Positions 44,285 through 54,782 of a stretch of 64,000 nt of DNA are shown here, piece after piece (the first letter of the stretch is position 1; each line of letters starts with the position of its first letter). The notes beneath the pieces are model-generated. The model saw only the letters and a list, made by a program, of their open reading frames with translations, made no database searches and was not told the origin of the DNA. The stretch comes from Alphaproteobacteria bacterium (GTDB lineage Bacteria; Pseudomonadota; Alphaproteobacteria; GCA-2731375). The stretch is from positions 6,272,001 through 6,336,000 of the forward strand of contig CBDDPY010000002.1 in assembly GCA_965232515.1 (NCBI GenBank). Reading direction: 5' to 3'. A program made the position numbers and the translations under genes.

Positions 44285-45631
44285 ATGCTGAAAGCACAAG
44301 CGACCAATGGCGCCGCCGGACCGCGCCACGTTAACTTTCAAAACAGCGTTGATCAGAGCGATCGCAAGGTACCGATAAACCTGCGGCAGACCGGACCGAC
44401 CGCGGTCGAGATGCTGATCTCGACGCGGGTGCGGAAGTCGCCTTATTGGCATCTGTCGATGGAAGCCGGCTGCTGGCGCTGCACGGTCTACAACCGGATT
44501 TATCATCCGCGCGGCTATGTGAAGCCGGAGGATGGCGGTGCGGCCGTGGAGCACGACTCGCTGGTGAACGACGTCACTCTATGGAACGTCGCCGTCGAGC
44601 GTCAGATCCAGGTCATCGGTCCCGACGCCGAAGCGTTCGTCAACTTCGTGATCACCCGCGACGCCACCCGCATCGAGCCGATGAAAGGCAAATACGTCAT
44701 TCTCTGCAACGAGAAGGGTGGCATCCTTAACGATCCGGTGCTGCTGCGTCTGTCCGAAGATGAGTTCTGGTTCTCGATCTCGGACTCAGACCTGATGCTG
44801 TGGCTGCAGGGCGTGAATGTCGGCAAGCGCTTCGACGTCGAGATCAACGAGATCGACGTCTGCCCGGTGCAGATCCAGGGGCCGAAGTCGGAAGACCTGA
44901 TGGCCGATCTGGTCGGCGAGACCGTCCGCGAGCTGCCGAGCTACGGCATGATGCGGGCGCAGGTCGGCGGTCGCGACGTGGTCATCTCGCAGACCGGCTT
45001 TTCCGGCGAGAAGGGCTTCGAGATCTACCTCTACGATGCCACGCTGCATGCCGAGGACATGTGGTACGCGGTGCTGGCGGCGGGCAAGAAGCACAAGCTG
45101 CGGGTCATCGCGCCGGGCCATCAGCGGCGGATTGCCGCCGGCATCCTGTCCTGGGGCCAGGACATGGATTTCGAGACCGTGCCGTTCCAGGTCAATCTGG
45201 GTTACCAGGTGCCGCGCAAGAAGACGGCCGACTATATCGGTAAGGCGGCGTTGGAAAAGATGCGGGCCGACATCGAAGCCGGCAACCCGCCGTTCAAGAG
45301 CACGCTGGTCGGCATGGAACTGGGCGGCAAGCCGATCGACGAATATGCGCCGGACTTCTGGCTGATCTCCGGCCCCGACGGCGGCGACCCGTTCGGCTAT
45401 GTGACGTCGCCCTGGTACGCGCCCGAGCTCGGTACGAACATCGCCATGGGCTTCGTGCCGGTGGGCATGTCCGCGCTGGGGACCGAGCTCAAGGTCTGGC
45501 TGCCGGAGCAGTATCAGGAAACGGCCGGTCAGCCGGTCGCGGCCAAGGTGGTCGAGATGCCGTTCCGGCCGTCGGTCAATCCGAACGCGCGTGAAATCGC
45601 CAAGGCCGAAGGCCGCGACGCCGCGTTCTAA
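44285..45631 (+). CDS. GcvT-like aminomethyltransferase (THF-dependent demethylase, DmdA-related)
   Basis: RKSPY, TVYNR, VTLWNVAVERQI, GGILNDPVLLRL, IQGPKS, SQTGFSGEKGFEIY, RRIAAGILSWGQD; start uncertain. Confidence 0.85.
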   Translation: MLKAQATNGAAGPRHVNFQNSVDQSDRKVPINLRQTGPTAVEMLISTRVRKSPYWHLSMEAGCWRCTVYNRIYHPRGYVKPEDGGAAVEHDSLVNDVTLWNVAVERQIQVIGPDAEAFVNFVITRDATRIEPMKGKYVILCNEKGGILNDPVLLRLSEDEFWFSISDSDLMLWLQGVNVGKRFDVEINEIDVCPVQIQGPKSEDLMADLVGETVRELPSYGMMRAQVGGRDVVISQTGFSGEKGFEIYLYDATLHAEDMWYAVLAAGKKHKLRVIAPGHQRRIAAGILSWGQDMDFETVPFQVNLGYQVPRKKTADYIGKAALEKMRADIEAGNPPFKSTLVGMELGGKPIDEYAPDFWLISGPDGGDPFGYVTSPWYAPELGTNIAMGFVPVGMSALGTELKVWLPEQYQETAGQPVAAKVVEMPFRPSVNPNAREIAKAEGRDAAF

Positions 45632-45665
45632 CGGCACGGCCGGACGCCAAACGGAGGATTCGAAA

Positions 45666-46724
45666 ATGAGCGCCGATCAATCAACGGCCAAGCACGGCTT
45701 GCTGGAGCGCCTGGAAGCAGGTCCTGTTATCGTCGCCGAAGGTTATCTGTTCGAGTTCGAGCGTCGCGGGTACCTGCAGGCGGGCGCCTTCGTGCCCGAG
45801 GTGGTGCTGGAGCATCCCGAAGCCGTCCGGCAACTGCATATCGAGTTCGCCCGGGCCGGCAGCGACGTTATGGAAGCCTTCACCTACTATGCGCACCGCG
45901 AGAAGATGCGCCTGATCGGCCGCGAGGGGCAGCTCGAGGAGATCAACCGCAACGCCCTGCAAATCGCAAAGGGTGTCGCGGATGAGTACGGCACGTTGCT
46001 CGCCGGCAATATCTGCAACACCAATCTCTACGATCCGGCCGATCCCGAGTCGCACAAACAAGCCCGGGCGATCTTCGAAGAGCAGGTGCAGTGGGCGGTG
46101 GATGCCGGTGTCGATATGATCATCGGCGAGACCTATTCATGGGTCGGCGAGGCGATGATCGCGCTAGAGGTCATTAGTCAGACCGACCTGCCGTCCGTCA
46201 TGACATTGGCGCTGCACCGCGAGCCGACGACACGCGACGGCGTCGATCCAAATGACGGCTTCAAGCAGATGCACGACGCTGGCGCCGATGTCGTCGGCTA
46301 CAACTGTATTCGTGGGCCCTGGACCATGGTGCAGTTGCTGCCGGAACTGCGGCAGAAGGTGCCGGGCCATCTGGCGGCCTTGCCGGTTCCGTATCGCACG
46401 CTGCCCGCGCAGCCGACGTTCCAGTCGCTGCGGGATCCTGGATGCAACTCGATCCCGGACGACCGACCGTTCCCGGTCGCGCTCGATCCCTTCGTCTGCA
46501 ATCGATACGAAATGGCCGATTTCGCCAAGCAGGCCTACGAGGCCGGCGTGCACTATATCGGCGGTTGCTGCGGCACCGGTCCGCATCACGTGCGTGCGAT
46601 GGCCGAGGCGCTCGGCCGGCAGCCCGAAGCGAGCCGGTATTCGGTCGACATGTCGAAGCACGCTTACTTCGGCACCGAACAGAGCCTGAAAGCGACCAAT
46701 ACCGCGTACGCGGATCAGCTCTAG
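45666..46724 (+). CDS. Homocysteine S-methyltransferase, betaine-homocysteine methyltransferase (BHMT)-like
   Basis: ERRGYLQAG..VPEVVLEHPEAVRQLH.EFARAGSDV, Zn ligands GYNC and GGCCG, PFPVALDP. Confidence 0.88.
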   Translation: MSADQSTAKHGLLERLEAGPVIVAEGYLFEFERRGYLQAGAFVPEVVLEHPEAVRQLHIEFARAGSDVMEAFTYYAHREKMRLIGREGQLEEINRNALQIAKGVADEYGTLLAGNICNTNLYDPADPESHKQARAIFEEQVQWAVDAGVDMIIGETYSWVGEAMIALEVISQTDLPSVMTLALHREPTTRDGVDPNDGFKQMHDAGADVVGYNCIRGPWTMVQLLPELRQKVPGHLAALPVPYRTLPAQPTFQSLRDPGCNSIPDDRPFPVALDPFVCNRYEMADFAKQAYEAGVHYIGGCCGTGPHHVRAMAEALGRQPEASRYSVDMSKHAYFGTEQSLKATNTAYADQL

Positions 46725-46937
46725 CGAGACGATCCTGAGCGGGACAGGCCGACGAATAGCCGAGCAACAGGCCGCGGCTGAGGGCCGCTTCATGCGGTTG
46801 CGCGGCTTGGCGTGACGCGTCAAGCTAAAGGCGATTCGAGTCGATTTGTAAGCAACCGCTATTCGTCCGCGCCTGTTCGGGACTGATGCCGGGGCAGGAA
46901 CGCAGGCAACGGTCGATGGCGTAACCGCCCGGCAGCC

Positions 46938-47450
46938 GTGTCCGATTTGTCAACACCGCCGCAGCTCCACGCCGAAACCGGCTATGGCCTGATCGATCCA
47001 GACGACGTCGCAGAGCCTGTCCTGCGAGATCTGTACGACTATTGGGATGGCCTCAGGGCAAAAGGGCTTCCGCCGCGACGCGCGGACATCGATCCGTTGG
47101 AGATGCGCGGCTTCCTGCCGTATGTGTTCTTGGTCGATACGGCCGAGCATATCGGCGAATTTCGCTTTCGGTTGTACGGCACCGCGGTTGTCGAAGGCTT
47201 CGGCGAAGACCGCACCGGCTGGCGCTTCGAGCAGCACGCCCATATCGAGAATGTGCACGAGGTGAATGCTGGCTACCTGTTCGTGCGCGACAATGCCCGG
47301 CCGCACTATTTGCCCGACCGCGTCGTGTCGCATTGGCGCGATTACCGCGGCTATTCGCGTCTGCTCCTGCCGCTGTTCGGCGAGATCGGACAGGTCGAGA
47401 TGATTATCGGCGGCGCCTGGTTTTTCCCCGTGGACGATCTGGAAACCTGA
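46938..47450 (+). CDS. Stand-alone PAS domain protein (PAS_5-like)
   Basis: LYDYWDGLR, PRRADIDPLEM..FLP.VFLVD, FRFRLYGT, RLLLPL. Confidence 0.8.
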   Translation: MSDLSTPPQLHAETGYGLIDPDDVAEPVLRDLYDYWDGLRAKGLPPRRADIDPLEMRGFLPYVFLVDTAEHIGEFRFRLYGTAVVEGFGEDRTGWRFEQHAHIENVHEVNAGYLFVRDNARPHYLPDRVVSHWRDYRGYSRLLLPLFGEIGQVEMIIGGAWFFPVDDLET

Positions 47451-47456
47451 CGCCGC

Positions 47457-47948
47457 TCAGGTCGTTGGTTTGGCGGTTAGGCCCATGACACGGCCGACCT
47501 GCGGTGGCGTCGGCAGGGTCGAATGCGCCGCCAGGACCTCCGCCAGCTTGTCCTGAACCGCGCCCGCCATCGGCGCGGCGCGGCGGGTCTCCCGACTGAC
47601 GTGCAGCGACATAAGCTCATTGGTTGCCGCCAGGTATCCCTCATCGGCGTGATGCATCTCGTGGAAGTAGTGAATGCGCTTCTCGTCGAAGGCCAGCAGC
47701 TGGGTCGTGAAACGCAGCGGATCGCCGGACATGACCTCGCGCCGGTAGGTGATGTGGCCTTCGAGCGAGAACGTCGAAACGCGATGTTCTTTCCGGTGCG
47801 CCCGGGTCAGACCGAGGTAATCCAGCCAGGCATCGGTGGCGAAATCGAAGACCAGCAGGTAATAGCCCATGTTCATATGCTGATTGTGGTCGATCCATTC
47901 GGGCCGAACTTCGTCGCGGTACAGATCGAACAAAACGCTTTCGTCCAT
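47457..47948 (-). CDS. Hotdog-fold acyl-CoA thioesterase
   Basis: VRPEWIDHNQHMNMGYYLLVFD.ATD, FSLEGHITY.REV, DEKRIH. Confidence 0.85.
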   Translation of the reverse strand: MDESVLFDLYRDEVRPEWIDHNQHMNMGYYLLVFDFATDAWLDYLGLTRAHRKEHRVSTFSLEGHITYRREVMSGDPLRFTTQLLAFDEKRIHYFHEMHHADEGYLAATNELMSLHVSRETRRAAPMAGAVQDKLAEVLAAHSTLPTPPQVGRVMGLTAKPTT

Positions 47949-48027
47949 GATCCGGTGTATCTTCCTTATCCAATGACGGCGGCAGTTTAGGCAAACGGTC
48001 ATCGGCAAACAAATGGGAGTAGATGGA

Positions 48028-48462
48028 ATGGTCTCGGCGAGTGATCTCATCGGCGCTTGGCGTCTGGCCGACTGGGCAATCGAATACTCGGATGGTCGGC
48101 CGACGACCTATCCCTTCGGCGAGAAACCCGACGGGCAGCTGATGTACTCCGCCGACGGGCGGATGTCGGGCACGATCTGCCGCCGCGAGCGCGAACGGAT
48201 GTCCAACGAGAACGTGCGGCAGGCGCCGATGGCCGAAAAGGCGGCCGCGTTCGACAGCTACTTTCAATACGCCGGCACCTGGCGGATCGACGGCGAGCAG
48301 GTCATCCATACGGTCGAGCAGTCGCTGAACCCGAACTTCGTCGGCAGCGATCAGATCCGCGACATGGACTATTCGGGCGATCAGCTCATTCTATCGGCGC
48401 GTATGCGGACCGCATCCGGCGCCGAGATGCACAACAAGCTGGTTTGGCGGCGCGTCGGCTAA
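48028..48462 (+). CDS. Lipocalin-like domain protein
   Basis: LIGAWRL, PFGEKPDGQLMYSADGRMS, YAGTW, SLNPN, LVWRR. Confidence 0.8.
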   Translation: MVSASDLIGAWRLADWAIEYSDGRPTTYPFGEKPDGQLMYSADGRMSGTICRRERERMSNENVRQAPMAEKAAAFDSYFQYAGTWRIDGEQVIHTVEQSLNPNFVGSDQIRDMDYSGDQLILSARMRTASGAEMHNKLVWRRVG

Positions 48463-49440
48463 TAACGGATCGTGCGCACGTCCTCATCGAAGCTTTTGAA
48501 CGACTGTCGCCACGTCTCCGACGGCCACCGGAATTCCACCTCGCCGGCCAAAGGATCATAGACTGCCGTGTAGAGTGTCCCGAGCCAGCCGTCGTAGTCG
48601 GTCTGGAACAACGGCGGTTCGGCAAATGCGGCGATAAGCCGATCCCGCGTCGTCGCCGGATCGGTGCGCAGATCGTGCAGACGGTCGCTGCGCTCCACGG
48701 TCCGGCTATGGGCGGCCATCTCTGGATGCTCGACGCGTTCCTGGTGGTTGGTGGTCACCGGCGTGCGGTCGACCGCGGCCTTCCGGTCCGGCCCCCAGGT
48801 AGACGACGGCATGATCGCCGGTTCGGTCGAGCAGCATGACGTTCTGCGACATGCAGACCGGTACACGACGTAACACCTCGATCGCGCTGGCGGTCGTTTC
48901 GCAGCACTCGAGCAGATAACGCAAGACGACCAGGATGCTGAAGCCGTCGCCGTGCACCGGTCGGCCGCCGAACGTCAACGCCACGGTCAGGCCGGCGTCG
49001 TTGATGCCGTCGAGCACGCCCCACGAGCCGTCCACAACGGCGATGACCCGGCGTCCCGTCCACCGGCTGTGGAGGATCGTGCCCTCGCAGAAGTTGGGGC
49101 TGAAATCGTAGTTTCGGATCAGCAGCGGTTGATCGCCCGGCGCCACGACGACGCTGCAGCCCGGCATTACCGGCGGCGGATTGTAGCCGCTCAGGTAACG
49201 GCCGGCGATGTTGTCGCCGCCGGCCAGCTCGCAAATCGCATTGTAGATCGGCAGCAGTTCCGGCATGTGGTGGCGCAAGGCCGCGATGCAGGTCGTCCGA
49301 TCTGGCCGTGCCTCTAGCCCCTGATGACAGAACCAGTCTCGGTAGAACGGCCAGGTCTCGTCAAACCGGCGGCGCCATTTGCCGCCGGGCAAGGGTTCGT
49401 CGATGGCTTCGAAACGGACGCTGTGTTTGGTACTGGTCAT
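48459..49440 (-). pseudogene. Peptidase C45 (Ntn-hydrolase) family gene with apparent single-base frameshift
   Basis: HMPEL, G|CS nucleophile site, IRNYDF, GVLDGINDAGL in one frame; TNHQ and GTLYTAVY in another; removing one base from the run at 48792-48796 joins them. Confidence 0.7.
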
Positions 49441-49618
49441 CGTCGGCTCGCCGCTTGCGTTGATGTCGCGGCCATTCTGGCAGGCGGGCAGGACTCGGGT
49501 TTGATCAGGATTGCGATATGCGGACCCCCGTGCCGATGCATAGCTGATTTGTCCGGATCAATTCTCGCCGTCGCTGCCGAGTTGCTATAGTAGGCGGCTG
49601 ATTTAATGGGAGGTGGGC

Positions 49619-52600
49619 ATGGCGTTGGCCCAGGTATCGCTCGACGACAAATACACGCTTTCGTCGGGCCGGGTGTTCCTGACCGGATTGCAAGCTTTGG
49701 TGCGGTTGCCGATGATGCAGCGGCAGCGCGACGACGCGGCGGGCTTGAACACGGCCGGCTTTATTTCGGGCTATCGTGGCTCGCCCTTGGGCGGCTACGA
49801 CGCCGCGCTGTGGCAAGCTTCGCGTTTCCTTAAGAGCAACCACATCCACTTCCAGCCGGGCGTGAACGAGGACCTGGCGGCGACATCGGTCTGGGGCAGT
49901 CAACAGATTAACCTCTGGCCCGGCGCCAAATACGACGGCGTCTTCGGCATCTGGTACGGCAAGGGCCCGGGCGTCGATCGCTCGGGCGATGTGCTGAAGC
50001 ACGGCAATGTGGCGGGCGCGGCGGCGAACGGCGGCGTGCTGGTCATCGCCGGCGATGACCACGGCTGCAAGTCCTCGACCCTGCCGCACCAGAGCGAACC
50101 TGCCTTCATGGCCGCCTCCATGCCGGTGATCAATCCGGCCGGCGTGCAGGAATACATCGACCTCGGCCTGTATGGCTTCGCGTTGTCGCGGTTCTCCGGC
50201 TGCTGGGTCGGCTTCAAGGCCGTCGGCGACACCGTGGAAAGTACGGCCGCGATTTCGATCGATCCGCTGCGCATCAAGGTTCAGCTGCCGGATGTCGAGA
50301 TGCCGCCCGGCGGGTTGAATATCCGCTATCCCGACGAGCCCATGGCGCAGGAAGACCGGCTGCTGAACTGGAAGCTGCCTGCCGCCAAGGCGTTTGTCCG
50401 GGCGAACGGCCTCGACCGCGTCGTGATCGATGCGCCCAAGCCCCGGCTCGGTATCGTCACCACCGGCAAGGCCTATCTCGACGTTCGCCAGGCGTTGGAT
50501 GAGCTGGGTATCGGTCCCGCCCAGGCCGCCGAGATGGGCCTGCGGCTCTACAAGGTGGCGATGACCTGGCCGCTGGAGCCCGAGGGCGCGCTCGCCTTCG
50601 CGAGCGGGCTAGAGGACATCCTGGTGGTCGAGGAGAAGCGGCCGATCCTGGAGGATCAGCTCAAGAAGCTGCTCTACAACCGCAGCGACATGCCGCGGAT
50701 GATCGTCGGCAAGCTGGACGAAGAGGGCCGGCCGCTGCTGCCGGAAGCCGGCGAGCTGACGCCGGGCATGGTGGCCGAGGCCATTGTCGGCCGGCTGCGG
50801 CGGTATCACGACCGCCCGGAATTCGAGCAGCGCCTGGCGCGCATGGAGCAGATCGAGAAGCAGGCCCGCGGCGCGGCGCCGTCGATGATGCGCACGCCCT
50901 ATTTCTGCTCCGGCTGTCCGCACAACACCTCGACCAACGTGCCGGAGGGCAGCCGAGCCATGGCAGGCATTGGCTGCCACGGCATGACGATCTGGATGCC
51001 TGAGCGCCGCACCCAGACCATCACCCATATGGGCGGCGAGGGCGTCAATTGGATCGGTCAGGCGCCCTTCACCTCAACGAAACATGTGTTTCAGAACCTG
51101 GGCGACGGCACCTATTTCCATTCCGGCCTGATGGCAATCCGCGCCGCCGCCGCGGCCGGCGTCAACATCACCTACAAGATCCTCTACAACGACGCCGTCG
51201 CCATGACCGGCGGCCAGCCGGTCGAAGGCAGCATCACACCGGACGAGATCAGCCGGCAGGTCGCCGCCGAGGGCGTATCGAAGGTCGTCGTGGTCAGCGA
51301 CGAGCCGGACAAGTATCCGGTTGGCACCAACTGGGCGTCCGGCGTCACGGTCTGGCATCGCGACGATCTGGACAGCGTGCAGCGCGATCTGCGCGAGACG
51401 CCCGGCGTGACCGTTCTGATCTACGATCAGACCTGCGCGGCAGAGAAACGTCGCCGCCGCAAGCGCGGCACCTTTCCCGATCCTGACAAGCGAGTGTTCA
51501 TTAACGATCTGGTCTGCGAGGGCTGCGGCGACTGCTCGGTCAAGTCGAACTGCGTCTCGGTGCAGCCGCTGGATACGGAATGGGGCCGCAAGCGGCAGAT
51601 AGACCAATCCAATTGCAACAAGGACTTCTCCTGCGTCAAAGGCTTCTGTCCCAGCTTCGTCACGGTGCATGGCGGCAAGCCGCGTCGCGCCAAATCCGCT
51701 GGCCCGGCGACCGTCGCCGACGACCTGTTTGCCGACCTGCCGATGCCGGCGGTGCCGCCGGCGAGCGAGCCTTACGGCATCCTGGTCACCGGCATCGGCG
51801 GCACGGGCGTCGTCACCATCGGCGCGCTGTTGGGGATGGCGGCGCATATCGAAGGCAAAGGCGTCTCGGTGCTTGATATGGCCGGCCTCGCTCAGAAGAA
51901 CGGCGCCGTCACCAGCCATATCCGCATCGCCGACGACCCCGACGATCTGCATGCCGTGCGCATTGCCGCGGGCGGCGCGCAGCTGCTGCTGGGTTGCGAC
52001 ATCGTTGTCGCCGCCGGGCCGGACGCCCGTGCGCGCATTAACGAAGGCGTCACCAGCGCCGTCGTGAACAGCCACGTGGTGCCGACGGCGTCCTTCGTCG
52101 GCAATGCCGACCAGGACATGTCGGCCCGGCTGATGATCGACCTGTTGCGAGACGCCACGGGCGAGCAACGCAGCCATTTCGTTAACGCCACGCGCCTTGC
52201 GACGGCGCTGCTGGGCGACTCCATCGCCACCAACCTTTTCATGCTGGGCTATGCCTTCCAGAAGGGTCTGGTGCCGCTGAGCGCGGACGCCATCATGCAG
52301 GCGATCGAGCTCAACAATGTCGCCGTCGAGGCCAACAAGCGCGCCTTCGGCTGGGGTCGGCTGGCGGCGCACGATCTGCCGCGGGTCGAGGCGGCGGCCG
52401 GACCGACGGTTCGGGCGGCCGAGAGCCCGACCTTCGCGCGCACGTTGGACGAGATCGTCGCCAAGCGGGTGGCGTTCCTGACCGACTATCAGGATGCGGC
52501 CTATGCGCAGCGCTATGCCGCGTTTGTCGAACGCGTCGGCGCAGTCGAAGCTGAGCGCGCCAAGGGCCTGGACGGTCTCGCCGAGGCGGTGGCACGGAAT

Positions 52601-53101
52601 TTGTTCAAGCTCATGGCCTACAAGGACGAGTACGAAGTGGCGCGGCTCTACACCACGGGCGAATTCGCGGCCAAGCTGCGCCAGCAGTTCGAGGGCGACG
52701 TCAGGCTAACGTTCCACCTGGCCCCGCCGTTGATGACGAACCGGGACCCCGAGACCGGCGAATTGCAGAAGCGCGAATACGGCCCCTGGATCCTGACGGC
52801 CTTCAAGTTCCTGGCGAAGCTCAAGGGCTTGCGCGGCGGCCCGTTCGATATCTTCGGTCGTACCGAGGAACGCCGGACAGAACGTCGGTTGATCGAAGAC
52901 TACATGACCACCGTCGAAACGCTGCTCGCGGGCCTGGACCACGACAACCACATGCTGGCGGTCAACATCGCCGCCTTGCCCGACAAGATCCGGGGCTTCG
53001 GCCATGTCAAGGAAAGGAACCTGCAGGCGGTCGAGGCCGAGGAGGCGCAGCTGCTGAACGAATTCAGGCAGCCGGCGGCACGGGCGAGCGCGGCGGAATA
53101 G
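49619..53101 (+). CDS. Indolepyruvate ferredoxin oxidoreductase family protein (fused alpha/beta)
   Basis: SGYRGSPLGG, NEDLAAT, YFCSGCPHN, GDGTYFHSG, NDAVAMTGGQ, CEGCGDC, GIGGTGV, MAYKDEYEVARL. Confidence 0.95.
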   Translation: MALAQVSLDDKYTLSSGRVFLTGLQALVRLPMMQRQRDDAAGLNTAGFISGYRGSPLGGYDAALWQASRFLKSNHIHFQPGVNEDLAATSVWGSQQINLWPGAKYDGVFGIWYGKGPGVDRSGDVLKHGNVAGAAANGGVLVIAGDDHGCKSSTLPHQSEPAFMAASMPVINPAGVQEYIDLGLYGFALSRFSGCWVGFKAVGDTVESTAAISIDPLRIKVQLPDVEMPPGGLNIRYPDEPMAQEDRLLNWKLPAAKAFVRANGLDRVVIDAPKPRLGIVTTGKAYLDVRQALDELGIGPAQAAEMGLRLYKVAMTWPLEPEGALAFASGLEDILVVEEKRPILEDQLKKLLYNRSDMPRMIVGKLDEEGRPLLPEAGELTPGMVAEAIVGRLRRYHDRPEFEQRLARMEQIEKQARGAAPSMMRTPYFCSGCPHNTSTNVPEGSRAMAGIGCHGMTIWMPERRTQTITHMGGEGVNWIGQAPFTSTKHVFQNLGDGTYFHSGLMAIRAAAAAGVNITYKILYNDAVAMTGGQPVEGSITPDEISRQVAAEGVSKVVVVSDEPDKYPVGTNWASGVTVWHRDDLDSVQRDLRETPGVTVLIYDQTCAAEKRRRRKRGTFPDPDKRVFINDLVCEGCGDCSVKSNCVSVQPLDTEWGRKRQIDQSNCNKDFSCVKGFCPSFVTVHGGKPRRAKSAGPATVADDLFADLPMPAVPPASEPYGILVTGIGGTGVVTIGALLGMAAHIEGKGVSVLDMAGLAQKNGAVTSHIRIADDPDDLHAVRIAAGGAQLLLGCDIVVAAGPDARARINEGVTSAVVNSHVVPTASFVGNADQDMSARLMIDLLRDATGEQRSHFVNATRLATALLGDSIATNLFMLGYAFQKGLVPLSADAIMQAIELNNVAVEANKRAFGWGRLAAHDLPRVEAAAGPTVRAAESPTFARTLDEIVAKRVAFLTDYQDAAYAQRYAAFVERVGAVEAERAKGLDGLAEAVARNLFKLMAYKDEYEVARLYTTGEFAAKLRQQFEGDVRLTFHLAPPLMTNRDPETGELQKREYGPWILTAFKFLAKLKGLRGGPFDIFGRTEERRTERRLIEDYMTTVETLLAGLDHDNHMLAVNIAALPDKIRGFGHVKERNLQAVEAEEAQLLNEFRQPAARASAAE

Positions 53102-53179
53102 GCGCGACAGACACCAGCCGCCTCGACAGTGGGGGCGGCCGCTGGTTACGATGGGTTGAACCATCCGGGACATTGACCC

Positions 53180-53662
53180 ATGGGCCTGCTCAAGACACTG
53201 CTGCATCCCGATCACGAGGACGATCCGGACCGTGGCCAGATCTCGCATGCCGCCAACCTGCTGCAGGTGGGCGAGTTCCAGTTTTTGCAATTGGCGTTTG
53301 TCGAGTGGCACGGCCGGGAAATGACCAAGGCCGAGAGTGACGCGGCGTTCGATAGTTTCATGCTGCGCGGACAGGCGCCGGCGTGGCTGCGTAGCTACGC
53401 CCGCAAGATCATCGACATGGAAGAGCGCGGCGAGCTTGAGATCAACAATCGCCGCTATCACCGTTACGACAACGAATATTTCTCGACCGTGCTGCCCAAT
53501 GGGGTGCGCCGATTTATCGTCGCGGTCACGATCGTCACCGGCGTGCTCGGCGGCGGCATCGCCATGGCGAGCTACACGGTCAGCCACACCGGCAAGTGCA
53601 TCGATATGCTGCCGCCCTGCATGACCGAAGCGGAACTGCCGTCGTCCCAAGCGAAGGACTGA
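53180..53662 (+). CDS. Hypothetical membrane protein
   Basis: Clean ORF with genome-like codon use and one C-terminal TM; no family recognised. Confidence 0.65.
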   Translation: MGLLKTLLHPDHEDDPDRGQISHAANLLQVGEFQFLQLAFVEWHGREMTKAESDAAFDSFMLRGQAPAWLRSYARKIIDMEERGELEINNRRYHRYDNEYFSTVLPNGVRRFIVAVTIVTGVLGGGIAMASYTVSHTGKCIDMLPPCMTEAELPSSQAKD

Positions 53663-53679
53663 TCCGGTCGGCCGCTCGC

Positions 53680-53883
53680 ATGCTGGGCATACCGGAAGAG
53701 TACGAGACCCTCGTCAACATCGTCTTTCTGATCGCCACGGGCGCGATCGCGTGGCACGGCATCCGCTATCGCGACCAGGACGGCAATTCGGACACGGTGC
53801 GGCTGTTATTCGGCTGCATCGCCGCCGTGTTCTTCTTCCTGGTGCTGTTTCAGGACGTGCTGGGGATCGCGACGTTCGGATAG
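53680..53883 (+). CDS. Small hypothetical membrane protein (2 TM)
   Basis: 67 aa, two hydrophobic helices, fills the gap to the convergent gene. Confidence 0.6.
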   Translation: MLGIPEEYETLVNIVFLIATGAIAWHGIRYRDQDGNSDTVRLLFGCIAAVFFFLVLFQDVLGIATFG

Positions 53884-53886
53884 GGA

Positions 53887-54501
53887 CTACGGCTTGTACA
53901 TGCGTTGCTTGGCGTCCAGTTCCGGGATGCGCATGATCCGCTCGCTCTCTGGCTTCTGGAACTGCTCGTAAAGATATCTCGCTCGGTCGCGCACCGTATG
54001 CGGACGGGGATCGTGCACGATCTTGTCCACCAGCCCGGGTCCGTCGACGGCGTTGGCGTCAATTCGCAGCGCGGCAATATAGTCGTCGAAGGCCTGCCGG
54101 TAGCGGGCTTCGCGATCGTGCACATTGCCGCGGTTCGCATAGGCCACCGACAGCGATCGCCTGATAAATGAGTCTTTCGGATCTTCGGCCAGCCGTTCTT
54201 CCAGCAAATCGATGATGTAGGTCAACTCGGCAATGGCGTCAGTGTAGCGCTCGAGTTGGATCAGGGCGATCGATCGGCCCATCAGGCCGCCCAGATGATC
54301 GGAGCTTTGCCGCAGCGCCTGATTGAACCAGTCCAGCGCCTCGTCAAACTTGCCGTCCGACAGCATCATGTCGCCCTTTTCCGCCTCGTAGTCGCCGGGC
54401 GGCCGGTCGATGACCGAACTGTAGAAATAGAAGGCCGTAAACCCGACCAGCGTCGCGATGAACATCAGCGATATGAAGCGCTTGAGAACGGCGGGGTTCA
54501 T
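53887..54501 (-). CDS. Membrane-anchored tetratricopeptide repeat protein
   Basis: N-terminal TM; TPR-like GKFDEALDWFNQAL, AYANRG, YRQAFDDY; ATGA overlap with upstream gene. Confidence 0.8.
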   Translation of the reverse strand: MNPAVLKRFISLMFIATLVGFTAFYFYSSVIDRPPGDYEAEKGDMMLSDGKFDEALDWFNQALRQSSDHLGGLMGRSIALIQLERYTDAIAELTYIIDLLEERLAEDPKDSFIRRSLSVAYANRGNVHDREARYRQAFDDYIAALRIDANAVDGPGLVDKIVHDPRPHTVRDRARYLYEQFQKPESERIMRIPELDAKQRMYKP

Positions 54502-54743
54502 GGCGTGTCCCGGAACAGCCATTGCGTATAGAACACCGCAAACAGCAGGCAGATAAGGCCGCCGGTCACGCTCGCCCGCCGCTTCAGGCGTCCACGCTCG
54601 GCGTCGTCCAGCCGCTCGCCCGATTTGGCCTCGCCGCGGCGCACATACAGCACCCAGATCAGATTGCGAACGGGCACGAACAGCGCGAGGCCGAGGGCTG
54701 CCGCCCAGAGCATCCAATAGTCCTGCGAGAACAGAGACGTCAT
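54498..54743 (-). CDS. Small membrane protein (2 TM)
   Basis: 81 aa, two hydrophobic helices, coupled to the TPR gene. Confidence 0.7.
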   Translation of the reverse strand: MTSLFSQDYWMLWAAALGLALFVPVRNLIWVLYVRRGEAKSGERLDDAERGRLKRRASVTGGLICLLFAVFYTQWLFRDTP

Positions 54744-54782
54744 CGTCAGGTCATCCGTGTCCGAGACGGCGAGGACGCTAGC

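Noticed and set aside
37186-49440. Possible genomic island inserted at tRNA-Ile2
   Set aside because: No integrase, no repeat of the tRNA 3' end seen, and composition resembles the core genes.
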